64,000 nt of DNA. It comes from Mobula hypostoma. Lineage: Eukaryota. How positions within the stretch are numbered: the stretch's first letter is position 1; the number at the start of each line of letters is the position of its first letter. The position numbers and the translations under genes were made by a program. This document shows, piece after piece, positions 60,211 through 64,000 of the stretch. Below the pieces are notes generated by a model, which saw nothing but the letters and a program-made list of their open reading frames with translations, was not told the DNA's origin and made no database searches. Location: assembly GCF_963921235.1 (NCBI RefSeq), contig NC_086121.1, forward strand, positions 30,752,001 to 30,816,000, given 5' to 3'.

Positions 60211-60544
60211 AGAAGGAGAGATAGAGAGATAGGGAGAGATAGAGAGAGAGAGATAAAAGCGAAACAGGTCAAATGCAGGCACCTTGCTCCTGCAGCAGTG
60301 ATTAAGACGAAGAGTAAGACTGGTCAGGTGCAAAAGCAGACAACGCTGAACACCGGCTCGATTGTGGCTGAGCTGTAATTTTCAAATTAGTATGGACTGA
60401 GATTCGTTAAAGGTACAAGAGGAACTGAGTCCACAGACTAGGTATTTACAAGGCTCAGGTGAGGGCAATTGTCAAATCTGAATCTAGAAAGAGACCAGAT
60501 AATCTGAATATTGTAATGAGTCTTCGCATATTAACTTGGCCCCA

Positions 60545-60800
60545 TTCACCACCTCCATCAGACCTCAGCTTCACTGTCAGGTCCCTACAACTATTAAATT
60601 CCATCTCTGTTAGATTCCCCCACCACCATCAGACCTCCCACCTTCAACTCCATCACAGCATTAGACCCTCTACACACCACACCGTTTGCATCTTCTACAA
60701 CCAAGCCTCCAGCTCTGTCTTCAGATCCCATCACCATCAGGCCATAGCCTTAATCAAAGCCCCTGACACTATCATACCTCCCTCTCACAGTCAGAACACT
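60545..60800. repeat. Degenerate C-rich minisatellite
   Basis: Recurrent CCATCAGACC-like motif about every 20-35 nt. Confidence 0.5.
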
Positions 60801-61063
60801 GGCCACCATGGAACGCCACCTCTGTCAATGAAACCAGTTTTTTCTTCCCTGAAATCAGGATCCCTCAGTCCCTCAGTATCTCGATCTCTCCATGCACTTC
60901 CCAGCACAATCTCACTTGCAATAGTTGATCATATTTAATTAACTGAATCAAGAATGTGAGCACAATTAAATGTCCAGAATGGAAAATAAAACAGCCCAGT
61001 CTTTATTATTTGTAGAGGTACAAAGTTTTCAACATTGGGGGAAGTTGTTGTTGTTACTATTGC

Positions 61064-61190
61064 AGCTCCTCCTCCTTTTTTCCATTCCTTCTTTTCCTAC
61101 ATTTTTTCCTTCTCTGTCTCTCTTTCCTCTTTCCTATCCATCATTCTCCTCCTTGTCCTTCATCTCCCTCCTCAGTCCCACCCGCTCTTG
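61064..61190. repeat. Polypyrimidine low-complexity tract
   Basis: Almost pure C/T on the + strand. Confidence 0.8.
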
Positions 61191-61296
61191 TCCTGGAACA
61201 GTATTTTACTGTTTTGACAGACTGTGGGTTTGTGAGTAAGGTTTAGCCAGCTACCAAGGTTTTTGTAGGTCGATCTTGCATTGCCCCATTTGGAAG

Positions 61297-61541
61297 TGTT
61301 ATGTTTTGTAACTTCGGAACATTAAATTAATTCAAAGAACTTGGGAATCAGGAAATACAGATGTAATGTAAGTTTACTTTAAGTGAGGCACGCGAATATC
61401 ATGTGGTAACGCGAAGACGTATGCAATTAACATATTTTTACATATAACCCGCAATTAATTATTTAAATGAACGAGGATGCTTAATCAAACAGTATAATTA
61501 CAAGATTACTCAAATATTATTGAAATATGAAGTAGACAACA
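61297..61541. mobile_element. Solo LTR with 5-bp TSD
   Basis: TGTT...AACA termini; GGAAG duplicated at 61292-61296 and 61542-61546. Confidence 0.8.
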
Positions 61542-61619
61542 GGAAGGGGTCCCTTCCAGTAGCTTCGGGAAATCACAGGAATTGCTATAAATTTAGCTTC
61601 AGTTTAATTTAATCATATT

Positions 61620-61745
61620 TTCCTGATGCAGGGACCTGACCCAAAATGTTGACAATTCCTCCCCCACCCCACAGATGCTGCTTGACCCATTGAGTTGCTC
61701 CAGCAGATTGATTATTACTCCAGATTCCAACATCTGTAGTCCAAG
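61620..61745 (+). mobile_element. PLE terminal fragment
   Basis: CCTGATGCAGGG..CCAAAATGTTGAC..AGATGCTGCTTGACCC..GATTCCAACATCTG. Confidence 0.7.
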
Positions 61746-61746
61746 C

Positions 61747-62210
61747 GTTCGAAGGTTCATTTCACAGCCACGAAACACAGAAAGCCATGGAAGTCAGTTG
61801 AAAGAGAAACAGCAAACTCACCACCGCCCACAAAAAAAAAGGAATGGCAACACGATTATGAACATCCCACTCCACACACAAAACGCAACAAAGACATCGG
61901 CCCCCAAATCGCCCTCCTCTGCACAAAACACAATAAGAATATCAACCCCCAAACTCCCCTCCTCCCACACAAAAAGACAAGAAAAAACAGGTGACAACAC
62001 AGAATATAAAAACCATAAGACTGAAAAAGTCCATAGTCGACTGATGAATGCAGGACCTCAGTAACATCCTCAAAACATCATCAAAAGAGAGAGATTCTGT
62101 TCGAACGCAAAGGCCTGTACTCCAGGTGAAGTGAAGGACACACAGGGTCCTCCTCTGGCAGCAGAAGGATCTACTGAACAGGGTATCCTGAGCTCTTCAA
62201 TCACACCGCT
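61747..62210 (-). mobile_element. Non-autonomous retroelement, family D (LINE-type tail)
   Basis: T/G-rich body on the minus strand like families A and B, ending ...TGAACCTTCGAAC. Confidence 0.45.
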
Positions 62211-62259
62211 CAATCCTAATATGGACGGTTCTGCATGCATAGCCTTTGGACATACTTGT

Positions 62260-62460
62260 GACATAAAACTGGAAAATGGAGGAATACTCAATATGTTGGA
62301 CAGCATATATGGAGAAAGAAACAGAACTAATGTTCCATGTCACTGTTGAAAGAACCCTTTATCACTAACTCTGCTCTCCCTTCACAGATGCTGTCTGACC
62401 TGCTGAGTATATTGTACCTCATATTTTCTAGTTTGAACTCAGATTTGCATCATTTGTCAA
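62260..62460. mobile_element. Short inverted PLE-terminus element
   Basis: ATACTCAATATGTTGGACAGCAT is inverted as ATGCTGTCTGACCTGCTGAGTAT. Confidence 0.55.
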
Positions 62461-62559
62461 TATTTCTTTTTATGACTTTGTGATGCATATTATTGTGTCC
62501 AATTGTGGCAAGGATGAAAATTTGACAGATTGAATCTGCCTCCAACTACACTTTGGAAA

Positions 62560-63492
62560 AGCAGCCGGTGTACTCAATGACACCTATCCTTGCTCCCACC
62601 AGGCAGAAGATACAAATGTTTGAGAAGAGGTACCCACCAGACTCAAGGATATCTTCTATCCCACTGTTAGCACACGGTTGAATGGACATCTCATGCACTA
62701 AAAGACAAACTTCTGATTTCTTAGTTTACTTTGTTACTACTCTTACACCTTATTGTTTGCCTGCACTTTCTCTATAACTGTAACACTATATTCCACAGCA
62801 ACACACACACAAAATGTTGGAGACACCCAGCAGGTCAGGCAGCATCTATGGAGATGAATATACAGTCGATGCTTCAAGCCGAGACCCTTCCTCAGGACCG
62901 GAAAGGAAGGGAGGAAGATGCCATAATTAAAAGTTGGGGTGAGGGGAAGGAGGATAGCTGGAAAGTGATAGATGAAGCCTGGTGGGTTGGAATGATAAAC
63001 GACTGGAGAAGAGGGAACCTGATAAGAGAGAAGAGTGGACCATGGGGGAAAGGGAAGGAGGAGGGGACCCAGGGGATGTGATAGGCAGGAGAGAAGAGGT
63101 GGAAGGCTGGAGCTGGGAGTAGAAGAAGAGGGGAAGGGGAGGAGAATATATTTTACCTGAAGAAAATATTCATCAAGTCGGAGGTTACGCGGACAGAATA
63201 TAGGGTGCTGTTCCTCCACTCTGAGAGTGGCCTCATCTTGGCCCAGGAGGAGGCCATGATCTGACATGTCTGAACAGGAATGTCAGAATCGGAATTAAAA
63301 TGTTTGGCCAATAGGAAGTTCTGTTTTTGGTGGATGGAATGGAGGTGCTTGATGAACTGCTTTGCATTTTGTTTTCTTTGTTACTATCTCAATGTACTTA
63401 TGAATGCAACGTTCTATCTAGATGGCATGCAAACCAAAACAAAAAATTCACGGTATCTCGGTACATGTAACCATAATATACCAATACCTATA
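62560..63492 (+). mobile_element. Rex1 3' fragment split by a PLE
   Basis: CAGGCAGAAGATACAAA..CCACCAGACTCAAGGA. The 3'UTR resumes at ~63358 and ends ATACCAATACC. Confidence 0.7.
62797..63357 (-). mobile_element. PLE 3' region/pLTR
   Basis: HGLLLGQDEATLRVEEQHPIF (GIY-YIG C-terminus); hammerhead remnant at 62863-62900. Confidence 0.85.
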
Positions 63493-64000
63493 CCTGCATG
63501 GAAAAGGGTGGCCTACACTAGAATCAGGTGAAAGGATGCTGAACAGCATATATAGAGAGATACCAACATGGTGACTGTGGAGAGCCCTCCATATTGGCTA
63601 TAATGTGAAAAGGTAGTGGGTTGCTGACCATGAAGTTCTAAAATTGAACAAAGGTCTTCAGCCCCATCCAATATACTGTAGATTATTACGGGCAGCCTCA
63701 TCAAAGGGAGATTTTACTGTAGCCACCTACTCTTCAAAGGCTAGATCACTTCCCTGCTTATCCTTCACGGTGAGTTTAGCTGCCAGTACTCACTATTTGA
63801 GCAGTGGGTCCCCCCACCCCATCCCCACCATGGAGAAGATACTTGCAGCTAACAAAGTAGTGAAACACATTACATTTCACTTTAGTGATACACATTTAAA
63901 TGTAGATAAAAATTCTTAAAACACATTTAAAGCTCATTTTATCTTATAAAAGATTTCCATAATTACAAATGATTTCTAAAACACAATATATTTCCAAAAA

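Noticed and set aside
1-64000. CRISPR array, rRNA or prokaryote-like operon
   Set aside because: No regularly spaced repeats with unique spacers, no rRNA motifs and very low coding density; the sequence is vertebrate repeat-rich DNA.

Overview
Eukaryotic, repeat-dense, apparently non-genic (intergenic or intronic) DNA. The repeat repertoire points to a cartilaginous fish, probably a ray (inference): CR1 LINEs, Rex1/Babar LINEs, Penelope-like elements (PLEs), V-SINE/HE1-like and Deu-domain SINEs, RTE and R4/Dong-clade LINEs, solo LTRs, and Tc1 and hAT MITEs. I can support no host protein-coding gene, rRNA, true tRNA or CRISPR array. Every recognisable ORF is a retrotransposon remnant, and the longest (456 aa) is an in-frame fusion of two CR1 copies. 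Main observations: (1) a ~0.65-kb non-autonomous retroelement with no tRNA head, present six times and always on the + strand, with a YY1-like 5' motif, a 14-bp palindrome, AATAAA, a conserved 6-bp 3' stem with a variable loop and an (ATCTA)n tail; (2) minimal hammerhead-ribozyme motifs in PLE termini whose different lesions reconstruct an intact consensus; (3) an RTE fragment sitting exactly at the inversion junction of a PLE; (4) an R4-clade element inserted in a TA microsatellite; (5) several resolvable nested insertions; (6) a few candidate regulatory sites (RFX X-box, CpG-rich patch). There are two assembly gaps. Family names come from motif recognition, not database searches, and boundaries of old repeats are approximate.
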